Shown: positions 36,288 to 47,835, counted from the first letter of the stretch. The stretch is 64,000 nucleotides of DNA from Bacteroidota bacterium (GCA_003554865.1 PWHJ01000088.1:90341-154340); one strand, 5' to 3'. Notes: generated by a model from the letters alone, not told the origin. Translations and numbers: made by a program.

Positions 36288-39200
36288 ATGGCATTCAGAA
36301 GAGACACAAAAGTAAAAAGCAATTTTACAAAAATTTCCGTTGGATTGGCTTCACCTGAAGAGGTCCTTGAGCGTTCAAGCGGCGAAGTGCTGAAGCCGGA
36401 AACAATAAATTACAGGACTTACAGGCCGGAGAGGGATGGACTTTTTTGTGAAAGGATCTTCGGGCCGGTAAAGGATTATGAGTGTCACTGCGGTAAATAT
36501 AAAAGAATCAGGTACAAGGGTATCGTTTGTGACCGCTGTGGTGTTGAGGTTACCGAGAAAGAAGTAAGACGTGAAAGAACGGGCCACATCAGCCTTGTTG
36601 TTCCCGTTGCCCATATATGGTACTTCAAATCGTTGCCCAACAAGATAGGATATCTTCTTGGGTTACCTACAAAAAAGCTTGAATCGATCATATACTATGA
36701 AAGATATGTGGTGGTGAATCCGGGTGTGAAAAGGAATGACGGGGTTGAGTACCTTGATTTCCTTACTGAAGAGGAGTATCTTGACATTATTGATTCGCTT
36801 CCCAGGGAAAATCAGTTGCTCGATGATGAAGATCCTGAAAAATTCATTGCTTTGATGGGGGCTGAAGCATTATATATGCTCCTCTCGAGACTGGATCTGG
36901 ACGAACTTTCTTTTTCTCTTCGCCATAAGGCGAATACCGAAACTTCACAGCAGCGGAAAAACGAAGCACTCAAGCGTTTGCAGGTTGTTGAGGCTTTCAG
37001 GGCTTCAAAAGGCGTTAATCGTCCGGAATGGATGATCTCAAAAGTCATACCGGTTATACCACCGGAATTGCGCCCTCTGGTACCGCTTGACGGAGGACGT
37101 TTTGCCACCTCCGACCTGAATGACCTCTACCGTAGGGTAATTATCAGAAATAACCGGCTGAAAAGACTGATCGAGATCAAGGCACCTGAAGTTATTCTTC
37201 GCAATGAGAAGCGTATGCTTCAGGAAGCGGTTGATTCGCTTTTTGACAATTCAAGGAAATCAAATGCGGTTAAGACCGACGCCAACAGACCGCTGAAGTC
37301 ATTGAGTGACAGCCTTAAAGGTAAACAGGGGCGTTTTCGCCAAAATCTGCTGGGTAAAAGGGTTGACTATTCGGCCCGTTCGGTAATTGTTGTAGGTCCG
37401 GAGTTGGAGATGCACGAGTGTGGTTTGCCCAAGGATATGGCTGCAGAGCTTTACAAGCCTTTTGTTATAAGGAAATTGATAGAGAGAGGTATTGTAAAGA
37501 CCGTTAAATCGGCCAAGAAGATAGTTGATCGCAGAGATCCGGTTGTCTGGGATATTCTTGAAAATGTTATGAAAGGCCACCCCGTTATGCTTAACAGGGC
37601 TCCTACACTCCACAGACTCGGGATACAGGCTTTTCAGCCAAAAATGATTGAAGGAAAGGCCATACAGCTACATCCTCTTGTATGTACTGCATTCAATGCC
37701 GACTTTGACGGTGACCAGATGGCGGTTCATCTTCCCCTTGGAAATGCAGCTATCATGGAGGCACAGATCCTTATGCTGGCATCACATAATATACTCAACC
37801 CTGCCAACGGTGCTCCTATAGTTGTGCCATCACAGGATATGGTTCTGGGTCTGTATTATATTACAAAAGCCAGAAAGAGTGAGCCCGGCAAACCGGTAAA
37901 AGGTGAAAACAGGCGGTTCTATTCACCCGAAGAGGCTATAATTGCCTATAACGAGGGAGCCGTTGAGCTTCATGCTATAGTTAAGGTGATGATAACCGAC
38001 AGTGAAACCGGGGAAAAATCTATTGTTGAGACAACAGTAGGCAGAATTTTATTTAACCAGTATGTGCCGGATAAAGTTGGCTTTATTAATGAGCTTTTGA
38101 CAAAGAAATCATTAAGGGAGATTATCGGCAGGGTGCTGAAAAAGGCCGGTACTGCTGAAACGGCAAAATTCCTGGACAATGTAAAAGATGTCGGCTTTGA
38201 TTTGGCTTTCAAGGGTGGTTTGTCTTTCAATCTGGATGATGTGATCGTTCCTGAAGAAAAAGAAAAGTTGATAAATGAAGGGTATAACCAGGTTGAAGAG
38301 GTCTATGATAACTATAATATGGGCTTCATTACCAACAATGAGCGTTATAACCAGATCATAGATATATGGACCCACATAAATGCCAAGCTTACCCAGACCC
38401 TTATGAATAAGCTCACAAGTGACAAGCAGGGATTCAACCCTGTTTACATGATGCTTGACTCTGGTGCAAGAGGATCAAAAGAGCAGATACGCCAGCTTGC
38501 CGGTATGAGGGGACTGATGGCCAAGCCCCAGAAATCGGGTACTACTACATCAGAGATTATTGAGAACCCCATATTGTCAAACTTTAAGGAAGGTCTCTCG
38601 GTGCTGGAGTACTTCATTTCCACACATGGTGCCCGTAAAGGTTTGGCAGACACTGCACTAAAGACAGCCGATGCCGGCTATCTTACAAGAAGGCTGGTGG
38701 ACGTTTCCCAGGATGTGATTGTATCGGAAAGAGATTGCGGAACCCTCAGAGGACTAATGGCCAGTGCAATAAGGAACAATGAGGAGGTAGTGGAGTCACT
38801 CTATGAAAGAATACTCGGACGCACAACAGTGCATGATATATACCATCCGTCCAGCGGCGAATTTATAATATCTTCCGGGGAGGAGCTTACTGAAGATATA
38901 TGTTCAATTATAGAGGAGTCTCCCATTGAGCAGGTGGAGATTCGGTCTGTCCTCACGTGCGAGTCTAAAAAAGGTGTGTGCGGAAAGTGTTACGGTCGCA
39001 ATCTGGCCACAGGCAAAATGGTGCAAAAAGGAGAATCGGTTGGTGTAATTGCAGCCCAGTCGATCGGTGAGCCCGGAACACAGCTTACACTTCGTACTTT
39101 CCACGTGGGTGGAACGGCTTCAAACATTGCTTCCGAATCCACTCTTATGGCGCGTTATGACGGGGTTGCCGAGATAGAGGAGCTGAAAACAGTTGATCAT

Positions 39201-40574
39201 ATTGACAGCACAGGTAACCAGGAAACAATTGTTATTAGCCGTCAGGCGGAATTCAAGATAATAGACAAAAACACAAACATTGTTCTTACCACGCAGAATA
39301 TACCATATGGTGCAAAGCTTCATATTCAGGACGGACAGGAGGTTAAGAAAGGAGACCTTATATGCGAATGGGATCCCTATAATGCCTCCATTGTTGCCGA
39401 ATCAAGCGGTAAGATAAGCTTTGAATCAATGGAGGAGGGTGCTACATACAGAGAGGAAGTTGACGAGCAAACCGGTTTCCGCGAGAAGGTAATAATTGAC
39501 AGCAGGGATAAAAAGAAAAACCCGATAATTAAGATACTCTCTGAAGATGATGAGGTATTGAAGATTTACAACCTGCCGGTTGGAGCACACGTAACCGTTT
39601 CTTCTGACTCGAAGGTTGAAGCAGGTGACACCATTGTTAAAATACCGCGCGCCGTGGGAAAATCGGGAGACATAACTGGAGGTTTGCCCAGGGTTACCGA
39701 GCTGTTTGAGGCAAGGAACCCTTCCAATCCCGCCATTGTTTCGGAAATTGACGGGGAGGTTAATTTCGGCAAGATCAAGCGCGGTAACAGGGAGATAATT
39801 ATTAAGTCCAAGACCGGTGAGGTGAAAAAATACCTTGTTTCCCTGTCAAAGCAGATACTTGTTCAGGAAAGCGATTATGTGAAGGCCGGCACCCCGTTGT
39901 CTGACGGTGCTATAACACCGGAGGACATACTCAGGATCAAAGGCCCCACTGAGGTGCAGGAGTATATTGTTAATGAAGTGCAGGAAGTATACCGTATGCA
40001 GGGAGTAAAAATCAATGACAAGCATTTTGAGGTTATTGTGCGTCAGATGATGAGAAAAGTTACAATTGATGATCCCGGCGACACCAAGTTTCTTGAAAAA
40101 CAGGTAGTTGACAAATGGGAGTTCATGGATGAAAACGACTGGATATACGGCAGGAAAGTTGTTGAAGATCCCGGTGATTCCACATCTGTGAAAGCCGGCC
40201 AGATCATAACTGCCAGAAGACTAAGGGATGAAAATTCAATACTCAAGCGTAAAGACCTCAAGCCTGTGGTTGCAAGAGATGCAATTCCCGCCACTTCAAG
40301 TCAGGTGCTTCAGGGAATAACCAAAGCCGCTCTTCAGACCAATTCGTTCATTTCGGCGGCCTCCTTCCAGGAGACAACAAAAGTGCTGAATGAAGCTGCT
40401 ATCTTCGGAAAGATAGATCACCTTGAAGGTTTGAAGGAAAATGTTATAGTCGGGCATCCTATTCCCGCGGGTACCGGACAAAGGGAGTTCGGAAAGATAA
40501 TAGTGGGGTCAAAAGAAGAGTATGAAGCTTTGACCTCAGATAAGAAGAAGGAAGTTAAGATCACCGGTGATTAA
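36288..40574 (+). CDS. rpoC: DNA-directed RNA polymerase subunit beta'
   Basis: 1428 aa. It has the zinc-binding [20 protein letters not shown], the catalytic NADFDGDQM motif, and trigger-loop and bridge-helix regions. Confidence 0.99.
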   Translation: MAFRRDTKVKSNFTKISVGLASPEEVLERSSGEVLKPETINYRTYRPERDGLFCERIFGPVKDYECHCGKYKRIRYKGIVCDRCGVEVTEKEVRRERTGHISLVVPVAHIWYFKSLPNKIGYLLGLPTKKLESIIYYERYVVVNPGVKRNDGVEYLDFLTEEEYLDIIDSLPRENQLLDDEDPEKFIALMGAEALYMLLSRLDLDELSFSLRHKANTETSQQRKNEALKRLQVVEAFRASKGVNRPEWMISKVIPVIPPELRPLVPLDGGRFATSDLNDLYRRVIIRNNRLKRLIEIKAPEVILRNEKRMLQEAVDSLFDNSRKSNAVKTDANRPLKSLSDSLKGKQGRFRQNLLGKRVDYSARSVIVVGPELEMHECGLPKDMAAELYKPFVIRKLIERGIVKTVKSAKKIVDRRDPVVWDILENVMKGHPVMLNRAPTLHRLGIQAFQPKMIEGKAIQLHPLVCTAFNADFDGDQMAVHLPLGNAAIMEAQILMLASHNILNPANGAPIVVPSQDMVLGLYYITKARKSEPGKPVKGENRRFYSPEEAIIAYNEGAVELHAIVKVMITDSETGEKSIVETTVGRILFNQYVPDKVGFINELLTKKSLREIIGRVLKKAGTAETAKFLDNVKDVGFDLAFKGGLSFNLDDVIVPEEKEKLINEGYNQVEEVYDNYNMGFITNNERYNQIIDIWTHINAKLTQTLMNKLTSDKQGFNPVYMMLDSGARGSKEQIRQLAGMRGLMAKPQKSGTTTSEIIENPILSNFKEGLSVLEYFISTHGARKGLADTALKTADAGYLTRRLVDVSQDVIVSERDCGTLRGLMASAIRNNEEVVESLYERILGRTTVHDIYHPSSGEFIISSGEELTEDICSIIEESPIEQVEIRSVLTCESKKGVCGKCYGRNLATGKMVQKGESVGVIAAQSIGEPGTQLTLRTFHVGGTASNIASESTLMARYDGVAEIEELKTVDHIDSTGNQETIVISRQAEFKIIDKNTNIVLTTQNIPYGAKLHIQDGQEVKKGDLICEWDPYNASIVAESSGKISFESMEEGATYREEVDEQTGFREKVIIDSRDKKKNPIIKILSEDDEVLKIYNLPVGAHVTVSSDSKVEAGDTIVKIPRAVGKSGDITGGLPRVTELFEARNPSNPAIVSEIDGEVNFGKIKRGNREIIIKSKTGEVKKYLVSLSKQILVQESDYVKAGTPLSDGAITPEDILRIKGPTEVQEYIVNEVQEVYRMQGVKINDKHFEVIVRQMMRKVTIDDPGDTKFLEKQVVDKWEFMDENDWIYGRKVVEDPGDSTSVKAGQIITARRLRDENSILKRKDLKPVVARDAIPATSSQVLQGITKAALQTNSFISAASFQETTKVLNEAAIFGKIDHLEGLKENVIVGHPIPAGTGQREFGKIIVGSKEEYEALTSDKKKEVKITGD

Positions 40575-40585
40575 AATTCTTTGAT

Positions 40586-40906
40586 ATGGAAGAAGAAAAG
40601 AAAAAAAACCAGATTAAGATCGAACTCAAAAATGAAGTTGGACAGGGAATATATTCAAACCTTGCCATAATAACTCATTCGAGTTCTGAGTTTGTGATCG
40701 ATTTTGTCCGGGTTATGCCCGGTATCCCGAAAGCTGATGTGAAATCAAGGGTGATTTTAACCCCCGAGCATGCTAAAAGATTATATAATGCCCTTAAGGA
40801 TAATATTACTAAATTCGAATCAACACACGGGCCTATAAAAAAAATAGAAGGTAAAGGCGGTCAGGGTATGCCGATGAACTTCGGCGGCCCTACTGCTGAA
40901 GCATAA
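40586..40906 (+). CDS. DUF3467 domain-containing protein
   Basis: 106 aa with YSNLAIITHSSSEFVIDFVRVMPG...ILTPEHAKRL. This is the small conserved gene that follows rpoC in Bacteroidota genomes. Confidence 0.75.
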   Translation: MEEEKKKNQIKIELKNEVGQGIYSNLAIITHSSSEFVIDFVRVMPGIPKADVKSRVILTPEHAKRLYNALKDNITKFESTHGPIKKIEGKGGQGMPMNFGGPTAEA

Positions 40907-40913
40907 GAATTTA

Positions 40914-40939
40914 AAGCCCATCTCCCGGATGGGCTTTTT
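40914..40939 (+). terminator. Rho-independent terminator ending the rpoBC unit
   Basis: Perfect 9-bp stem AAGCCCATC / GATGGGCTT with a 5-nt loop, running into TTTTTC. Confidence 0.75.
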
Positions 40940-41014
40940 CTCTTTGTGCCATCACCCATTACTCTGCCTTTTTTTAATTTATATCCATATTTGGTGTGTT
41001 GGCCACTATTTTTT

Positions 41015-41022
41015 TATATTTG
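41015..41022 (+). promoter_or_regulatory. Candidate -7 promoter box (TATATTTG) for etfBA-acd
   Basis: TAnnTTTG match 25 nt upstream of ATG 41047. It lies inside the ORF-track N-terminal extension, which supports the 41047 start. Confidence 0.4.
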
Positions 41023-41046
41023 TCATTTCTTTTTAAACAAATACTC

Positions 41047-41922
41047 ATGACCAAATTTAATATTATAGTCCTTGCAAAGCAGGTTCCCGATACAAGGAAC
41101 GTAGGCAAGGATGCCATGAAGGCCGACGGCACGGTTAACAGATCTGCTTTACCTGCCATTTTCAATCCCGAGGACCTCAATGCTCTTGAACAGGCCCTGA
41201 GGTTAAAAGACAAATATCCCGGCTCGAGTGTGACGCTTTTGACAATGGGACCGGGACGTGCAGCAGAAGTTATAAGAGAGGCTTTATACAGGGGTGTCGA
41301 CAAGGGCAGCCTTTTAACCGACCGTAAATTTGCCGGCTCCGATACACTTGCAACCTCATATGTACTCTCTATGGCTATTAAAAAGCTTGAGCCGTACGAT
41401 ATTGTAATAGCCGGGCGTCAGGCAATTGACGGGGATACTGCCCAGGTGGGTCCCCAGGTTGCCGAAAAACTGAATGTTCCACAGGTTACTTATGCCGAGG
41501 AGATAATATCTCTTGAGCAGGAGTCAGTTAAAATAAAGCGGAGACTTGAAAGGGGAGTAGAAACGGTTGTTTCACCTCTGCCCGCTGTAATTACAGTTCA
41601 CAGCTCTGCTCCGCCATGCCGCCCCAGAAATGCAAAACTCCTTATGAAATACAAGCACTCCAGAAGTGTTTCAGAGTTGCAGGATCTTTCGGAGGATTAT
41701 TTGCAGCTGCACAGGGACAGGCCTTACCTTAAGATTGAGGAATGGGGTGCTTCCAGTATATCGGCAGATGAAGAAAAACTTGGTTTGTCGGGATCACCTA
41801 CCAAGGTAAAAAAGATCGAAAGTGTTGTCTTTAAAGCTAAAGAATCAAAACAATTATCTTCTTCCGATGAGGATATAGACTCACTTGTAAAGGAATTGAT
41901 AGATAAGCACACAATTGGTTGA
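41047..41922 (+). CDS. etfB: Electron transfer flavoprotein subunit beta
   Basis: The ATG at 41047 gives MTKFNIIVLAKQVPDTRNVG... (291 aa). GRQAIDGDTAQVGPQVAEKLNVPQVTY is the EtfB signature. Confidence 0.92.
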   Translation: MTKFNIIVLAKQVPDTRNVGKDAMKADGTVNRSALPAIFNPEDLNALEQALRLKDKYPGSSVTLLTMGPGRAAEVIREALYRGVDKGSLLTDRKFAGSDTLATSYVLSMAIKKLEPYDIVIAGRQAIDGDTAQVGPQVAEKLNVPQVTYAEEIISLEQESVKIKRRLERGVETVVSPLPAVITVHSSAPPCRPRNAKLLMKYKHSRSVSELQDLSEDYLQLHRDRPYLKIEEWGASSISADEEKLGLSGSPTKVKKIESVVFKAKESKQLSSSDEDIDSLVKELIDKHTIG

Positions 41923-42005
41923 TCATGGTCTTTGTGAGCAAAAACTCAACAGGCACCTGCTTAAACTAAATATGGAAAATCATTTCTAATTTAAATATTC
42001 AAAAA

Positions 42006-43025
42006 GTGAACAACGTTTTAGTATACTGCGAAATGGAAGATGGGGCCGTGGCTGATGTCAGCCTGGAATTGCTGACCAAAGGGCGGTCTCTTGCAAATGA
42101 GTTGAATTGCGGCCTTGAGGCACTTGTAATAGGTTCAGAGTTAAACGGCGTTGAAAATGAGGTTTTTTCCTACGGGGCCGATATTGTACATGTGGCAGAC
42201 GATAAAAGGCTGGATCCCTACAGTACCCTTCCCCATGCAAAAATCGCAGAGGATCTTTTCCGCGGCCAAAAACCGGTAATAGGATTGTTTGGTGCAACTT
42301 CCGCCGGCAGAGATCTTGCTCCCCGGGTTGCTTCGGTTTTAAAATGCGGTCTGACCGCCGATTGTACGGCACTGGAAATAGGCGATCATGTGGACAACAA
42401 GACCGGGAAAGAGTATAAAAATTTACTATATCAGATTCGTCCGGCTTTCGGTGGCAATATACTGGCTACCATAATTAATCCCGAAACCCGTCCGCAGCTC
42501 GCAACCGTGAGAGAAGGGGTTATGAAAAAAGAGAAGGTGACCGGCAATCACAAAGGAGAGGTTAAAAAAATCGATGCCGGCAAACTTTTAAGTGATCATG
42601 ATTTAATAGTTAAATTGATAGAACGCCATGTCGAGCCCAGAAAGGTTAATATAACCAATTCCTCCATAATTGTATCGGGAGGATACGGGGTCGGCTCAAA
42701 GGAGAACTTTAAGCTTCTTTTCGATCTGGCCGAAGTTTTGGGTGGTGAGGTAGCCGGGTCGCGTGCAGCTGTAGACAGTGGTTTTGTAGAACACGAAAGG
42801 CAGGTTGGTCAGACAGGTGTAACTGTAAGACCCAAGTTATATATTGCATGCGGTATATCCGGACAAATTCAGCACAGGGCCGGAATGGACCAGTCGGCTA
42901 TGATAATTTCAATAAATGATGACCCTAATGCACCTATCAACAGAATTGCCGATTATTCCATTATCGGTGATCTGAATGATGTGATACCGAAAATGATAAA
43001 ATATTACAAGAAGAATTCCAAGTAA
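42006..43025 (+). CDS. etfA: Electron transfer flavoprotein subunit alpha
   Basis: 339 aa from a GTG start (MNNVLVYCE...). It has the FAD-binding C-terminal domain (IVSGGYGVG, GSRAAVDSGF, QVGQTG..V.PKLYIACGISGQIQH). Confidence 0.9.
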   Translation: MNNVLVYCEMEDGAVADVSLELLTKGRSLANELNCGLEALVIGSELNGVENEVFSYGADIVHVADDKRLDPYSTLPHAKIAEDLFRGQKPVIGLFGATSAGRDLAPRVASVLKCGLTADCTALEIGDHVDNKTGKEYKNLLYQIRPAFGGNILATIINPETRPQLATVREGVMKKEKVTGNHKGEVKKIDAGKLLSDHDLIVKLIERHVEPRKVNITNSSIIVSGGYGVGSKENFKLLFDLAEVLGGEVAGSRAAVDSGFVEHERQVGQTGVTVRPKLYIACGISGQIQHRAGMDQSAMIISINDDPNAPINRIADYSIIGDLNDVIPKMIKYYKKNSK

Positions 43026-43056
43026 GTCCTCTAACCCGATAATCAATACTATAATA

Positions 43057-44763
43057 ATGGATAATTTTTATACTGACAATAAGGATCTTAAATTTCACCT
43101 TGATCACCCCTTGATGAAGAAAATCGTTCAGCTCAAGGAAAGCGATTTTTCAGACAGCGGCAGGTATGATTATGCCCCCCTGGATTATGAAGACGCAGTT
43201 GATAATTATGATAAGGTTCTTGAGATAGTGGGGGATATTTGTGCCAATGTAATTGATCCCAATGCCGAATCCGTTGATAATGAAGGACCGACTCTGGTTA
43301 ACAATGAGGTGAAATATGCCCGCGGCACGAAAGAGAACCATGAAACCCTTACTAGGGCCGGACTTATAGGAATGTCTTTGCCACGCCGTTACGGGGGATT
43401 GAATTTTCCGATGGTTCCCTATGTAATGGCGGCGGAGCTGGTTTCAAGAGCCGATGCCGGTTTTGCCAATATCTGGGGCTTGCAGGACTGTGCTGAAACT
43501 CTCCATGAATTTGCTTCCCAGGAGATTAAGGATGAATATCTCCCACGTTTTAACAAAGGAGCAACAGCTGCGATGGACCTGACCGAGCCGGATGCCGGGT
43601 CGGATTTGCAGGCAGTGCAGCTGAAAGCAACCTATAGTGAACAGAAGGGAGTCTGGCTTCTTAACGGTGTAAAAAGGTTTATCACCAACGGTGATGCCGA
43701 CATATCGCTTGTACTTGCCAGATCTGAAGAAGGAACACATGATGGAAGGGGACTTTCGTTGTTTGTTTATGACCGCAGTGAAAAGGGGGTTATTGTAAGG
43801 CGCATAGAAAACAAGCTGGGTATTAAGGGATCGCCCACCTGTGAGCTGGTTTTCAGGAACGCCCCTGCAAAGCTTGTTGGTGAGAGGAAGTTCGGACTCA
43901 TAAAGTATGTAATGGCCCTTATGAATTCTGCCAGACTCGGTGTTGGTGCACAATCGGTCGGTATATCAGAGGCTGCTTATCGTGAAGCCGAAAAATATGC
44001 AAGGGAAAGGATTCAGTTTAGCCAGCCTGTTATTGAGTTCCCCGCCGTATATGAAATGCTCCGGAATATGAAAGCGATGCTTCAGGCGAAAAGATCGCTT
44101 TTATATGAAACCGCCCGTTTTGTCGATATTTACAAAGGGTGGGAACACCTTTCCCGTGTCCGGAAACTGGAGAAGGAAGAGCGAAATGAGTTCAAGAAAT
44201 ATCAGCGGCTTGCTGATGTTTACACACCTCTTCTGAAATTTTTTGCAAGTGAATATTGCAATCAGATAGCTTATGATGCCATTCAGATACACGGTGGAGC
44301 CGGTTTTATGAAAGATTTTGCGGTAGAGCGGATTTACCGCGATGCCAGAATTACTACCATTTATGAGGGGACATCCCAGTTGCAGGTTGTTGCTGCTATT
44401 CGCGGTGTCACCTCCGGATTGTATCTTGACCATATAAGGCAGGTTTATCAAAAGCAGGACTTCATTCCTGAAGTGCAGCATCTTGTAAAGATGCTTGCCG
44501 GTATGACAGACGAATATGAAAAATGCGTAAATGCGGTAACAGATGTAAATGATACCGAATATACCGATTTCCATGCACGCAGGCTTGTAGAAATGGCAGG
44601 TAATATAATAATGGGCTATCTGCTGCTTGCAGATACATCACGTGATGAGCATTATATGCATGCTGCAGAGATGTTTATACGCAAAGGTCATTCCGAGAAC
44701 AAAAAGAACGCCGACTATATATTGAATTTTGAATTGAAGGATCTGGGCGCATATAAATTTTAA
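43057..44763 (+). CDS. Acyl-CoA dehydrogenase family protein (long, about 570-aa form)
   Basis: TEPDAGSD, FITNG, GIKGSPTCEL, QIHGGAGFMKDFAVERIYRDARITTIYEGTSQLQ, plus a C-terminal extension. It lies immediately downstream of etfBA. Confidence 0.88.
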   Translation: MDNFYTDNKDLKFHLDHPLMKKIVQLKESDFSDSGRYDYAPLDYEDAVDNYDKVLEIVGDICANVIDPNAESVDNEGPTLVNNEVKYARGTKENHETLTRAGLIGMSLPRRYGGLNFPMVPYVMAAELVSRADAGFANIWGLQDCAETLHEFASQEIKDEYLPRFNKGATAAMDLTEPDAGSDLQAVQLKATYSEQKGVWLLNGVKRFITNGDADISLVLARSEEGTHDGRGLSLFVYDRSEKGVIVRRIENKLGIKGSPTCELVFRNAPAKLVGERKFGLIKYVMALMNSARLGVGAQSVGISEAAYREAEKYARERIQFSQPVIEFPAVYEMLRNMKAMLQAKRSLLYETARFVDIYKGWEHLSRVRKLEKEERNEFKKYQRLADVYTPLLKFFASEYCNQIAYDAIQIHGGAGFMKDFAVERIYRDARITTIYEGTSQLQVVAAIRGVTSGLYLDHIRQVYQKQDFIPEVQHLVKMLAGMTDEYEKCVNAVTDVNDTEYTDFHARRLVEMAGNIIMGYLLLADTSRDEHYMHAAEMFIRKGHSENKKNADYILNFELKDLGAYKF

Positions 44764-44811
44764 TTACCCCTTTTTAATTTCCTGTTTTATTTGGGCTTAA
44801 TTCTGCAAATT

Positions 44812-44831
44812 ATCCCCGACAAGGGGATTTT
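44812..44831 (+). terminator. Candidate terminator after the acyl-CoA dehydrogenase gene
   Basis: ATCCCC-GACAA-GGGGAT hairpin followed by TTTTCC. The stem is short (6 bp). Confidence 0.5.
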
Positions 44832-44881
44832 CCAATTTGTTTTATTGAGGGTACAGGATATTTTTTTAAATTTACCGGATT

Positions 44882-45685
44882 ATGTACTACAGATCCGGAA
44901 AAATTTGTATTCTGGGTGCAGGTAATGTAGCCTGGAATATGGCTCAGGCGCTGCATAATGCCGGTTATTCGATCGGGCAGATTTTCAGCCGAACTGCCGG
45001 GTCGGCTGTCCCTCTTGCCCGTAGTGTAGGGGGCAGAAGTGTTGTACGCTTTGAGGATATTGAGCCCGGTGCCGACTTGTATATCATTGCCCTTGCCGAT
45101 GACGTTATAGACTATTGCCTATCATGTTTCGATCCCGGCAACTCAATGGTGGTTCACACTGCCGGAAGTGTTTCGCTTGATATTTTCAAAGGCAGAGCTG
45201 TAAATTACGGTGTGTTCTACCCTTTGCAAACCTTCTCTAAAAAAAGGCTGGCCGATTTTTCAAGTGTACCATTGTGCATTGAAGCCAATAATAATGATAA
45301 TCTGGCGTTTTTGTACAGTCTGGCCGGATCCGTTACAAAAAAAGTATATCATACAGATTCACGACAGAGGGAGGTGTTGCATCTGGCGGCGGTTTTTGCC
45401 AACAATTTTTCCAATCATATGTACCATATTGCCGAACTTTTGATAAGTAATAAAGGTCTCCCTTTTGATATATTGCACCCGCTGATAAAGGAGACCTCAG
45501 ATAAAGCCTCCGTGATGAGTCCGGGCGACGCCCAAACGGGTCCTGCGGTGAGAAATGACAGGAGGATTATTGAAAAGCACCTGAACCTGCTTTCCTCGTA
45601 TAGTGATGAGAAGGAGCTCTACAAGTTGATAACCGAGAGTATCAGAAAGAAATATGAAAGCGGCAGGGGTAAAGACAAAGATTAG
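44882..45685 (+). CDS. Rossmann-like / DUF2520 domain-containing protein
   Basis: 267 aa. It has an N-terminal dinucleotide-binding motif ICILGAGNVAWNMAQAL and a C-terminal DUF2520-like region (GPAVRND). It commonly precedes kdsC in Bacteroidota, as I recall. Confidence 0.65.
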   Translation: MYYRSGKICILGAGNVAWNMAQALHNAGYSIGQIFSRTAGSAVPLARSVGGRSVVRFEDIEPGADLYIIALADDVIDYCLSCFDPGNSMVVHTAGSVSLDIFKGRAVNYGVFYPLQTFSKKRLADFSSVPLCIEANNNDNLAFLYSLAGSVTKKVYHTDSRQREVLHLAAVFANNFSNHMYHIAELLISNKGLPFDILHPLIKETSDKASVMSPGDAQTGPAVRNDRRIIEKHLNLLSSYSDEKELYKLITESIRKKYESGRGKDKD

Positions 45686-45690
45686 AATAT

Positions 45691-46212
45691 ATGGAGAAGC
45701 AAAAGAAAGAAATAAGCAAAGTAAAGGCATTTGCCTTTGATGTGGACGGAGTTTTTTCAGACGGGTCTGTTATACTGCACCCTGACGGTGAATTGGTGCG
45801 GGCGATGAATATTAAGGACGGGTTTGCCGTTCAGCTTGCCGTAAAAAAAGGGTATCCGGTTGCAATAATAACAGGAGGTGTTTCCGAACCGGTAAAAAAA
45901 CGTTTTCTCAAGCTGGGTGTTACCGACATATATCTTGGATCATCAAACAAAATAGATGATTTCAATGACTTTTTATACAAGTACACACTCAATGCCACAG
46001 ATGTTTTATATATGGGTGATGACCTGCCTGATTATGAAATAATGAGGATCGCGGGTTTTCCCGCTTGTCCCGATGATGCTGCGGTTGAAATAAAAGAGAT
46101 TTCAGAATACATATCTTTCAGAAAAGGAGGGGAAGGTTGTGTGCGTGACGTTATTGAAAAGGTATTGCGTTTGCACGGAAAATGGATGGATGAGGATGGA
46201 TTTTACTGGTAA
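45691..46212 (+). CDS. kdsC: KDO 8-phosphate phosphatase KdsC (HAD superfamily IIIA)
   Basis: 173 aa with FAFDVDGVFSDG (DxD motif), NIKDG, ITGG and YMGDDLPD. Confidence 0.8.
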   Translation: MEKQKKEISKVKAFAFDVDGVFSDGSVILHPDGELVRAMNIKDGFAVQLAVKKGYPVAIITGGVSEPVKKRFLKLGVTDIYLGSSNKIDDFNDFLYKYTLNATDVLYMGDDLPDYEIMRIAGFPACPDDAAVEIKEISEYISFRKGGEGCVRDVIEKVLRLHGKWMDEDGFYW

Positions 46213-46260
46213 TTGATAAAAAAATTATAAGTCCCCTTTGGCAGACAAAATAATATACGA

Positions 46261-47229
46261 ATGAACGTCCTCAGGCTTATACGTATAGAGAACCTTCTTG
46301 TTATTGCTTTAACGCAATATTTGATGCGCCATGCCATTATAGGGCCTGTGTTGCAGGTAAGTAATTTTGAGCTGCAAATGAGCCATTTGGATTTTTTTCT
46401 TCTTGTTTTGTCTACCGTTTTAATAACCGCTGCCGGGTATGTTATAAACGATTATTTTGACACTCGTACAGATCTGCTCAACCGTCCGTCAAAAGTTCTT
46501 GTGGGAAAAGCCATTTCCCGGCGCACTGCAATAATGCTTCACTGGATATTCAATTTTACCGGCGTTGTACTTGGTTTTTATGTGGCTATCTCAATAAGAT
46601 TTCCTTTTCTGGGACTCCTTTTTTTTATTGTTGTTTTACTTCTTTGGTTTTATTCTACTACTTTCAAACGTCAGGTAATTGTCGGCAATATCCTTGTCTC
46701 GGTTCTTACCGGTCTGGTCCCGGTTGTGGTCCTTGTATTTGAAATACCTCCCCTTGTAAGGGAATACGATGTAATATTCACCTATCATCATGCAAATGTC
46801 AAATATATGATAGCATGGATAGGATTTTTTGCCTTTTTTGCATTTCTGCTAAACCTGATCCGTGAAATAATCAAGGATATCGAGGATATTGAAGGTGATA
46901 AGACCTTCGGCCGCAAAACCCTTCCTGTTGTAATTGGTATAAATTATACAAAATTTATCGTTTGCGCCCTGATTGTGATAACACTTGTCTCTCTCGGATA
47001 TATATTTATTATTTATCTGCTTACCGGTTTGTATGGGGATACCGACCTTATCACATTTATTTATTTTTTTGTTTTCATAGCTATCCCGTTATTGGCATTG
47101 TTTTACAAGGTTATAATTGCAACGGAAAAAAGAGATTACCTTTTTGCAAAAAATCTTTCCAAGGCCGTCATGGTTGCCGGTATTTTATATGCCTTCCTGG
47201 TTCGGTTTATAATATTTCAGTATTTATAG
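46261..47229 (+). CDS. UbiA-superfamily prenyltransferase, DGGGP-synthase-like
   Basis: 322 aa with 8-9 predicted TM helices and two Asp-rich motifs: YVINDYFDTRTD (NxxxDxxxD) and IKDIEDIEGDKTFGRKTLP. Confidence 0.8.
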   Translation: MNVLRLIRIENLLVIALTQYLMRHAIIGPVLQVSNFELQMSHLDFFLLVLSTVLITAAGYVINDYFDTRTDLLNRPSKVLVGKAISRRTAIMLHWIFNFTGVVLGFYVAISIRFPFLGLLFFIVVLLLWFYSTTFKRQVIVGNILVSVLTGLVPVVVLVFEIPPLVREYDVIFTYHHANVKYMIAWIGFFAFFAFLLNLIREIIKDIEDIEGDKTFGRKTLPVVIGINYTKFIVCALIVITLVSLGYIFIIYLLTGLYGDTDLITFIYFFVFIAIPLLALFYKVIIATEKRDYLFAKNLSKAVMVAGILYAFLVRFIIFQYL

Positions 47230-47236
47230 ATTTTTT

Positions 47237-47824
47237 ATGTATGCACTTAAGAAAAAATTCAGGGATCACCGCATTGTCCTTGCCACCAACTCTCCCCGCA
47301 GAAAGGCTCTTTTCGGGGAACTGGGAATGACTTTCCATACCGCTTCGGCTGAAAGTGATGAAACTTACCCCCCCGGATTACCCAAAAATGAGATCCCCGT
47401 TTTTCTTGCAGTTAAAAAAGCTGAATCACTCAGCACTATAGTTGATGAAAAAACCTTGTTGATAACGGCCGACACCATTGTCTGCTTCGGAGATGAGGTT
47501 CTCAATAAGCCCTCTGATAAAAAGGAGGCAACCGGTATGCTGGAGAAACTCTCTGGAGAGGAGCATCAGGTTATTACGGGGATGTGCATATATTCAAAGC
47601 AGAAAAAAGTCACTTTTGATTGTCTTACCAAAGTTCGTTTCAGGGAGCTTGCAGATGAGGAGATAAGCTATTATGTTGAAAATTACCGTCCCTTTGACAA
47701 AGCCGGGGCTTACGGGATACAGGAGTGGATTGGCTATATAGGTGTGGAGAGGATTGAAGGTTCTTATTTCAATGTTGTGGGACTTCCCGTGCATAAGCTG
47801 TACTCTTGTTTGATCGGATTTTGA
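47237..47824 (+). CDS. maf: Maf-family nucleoside-triphosphate pyrophosphatase
   Basis: 195 aa with LATNSPRRKALF, ITADTIV, KAGAYGIQ and GLPV motifs. Confidence 0.9.
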   Translation: MYALKKKFRDHRIVLATNSPRRKALFGELGMTFHTASAESDETYPPGLPKNEIPVFLAVKKAESLSTIVDEKTLLITADTIVCFGDEVLNKPSDKKEATGMLEKLSGEEHQVITGMCIYSKQKKVTFDCLTKVRFRELADEEISYYVENYRPFDKAGAYGIQEWIGYIGVERIEGSYFNVVGLPVHKLYSCLIGF

Positions 47825-47835
47825 AAAATATTGTT

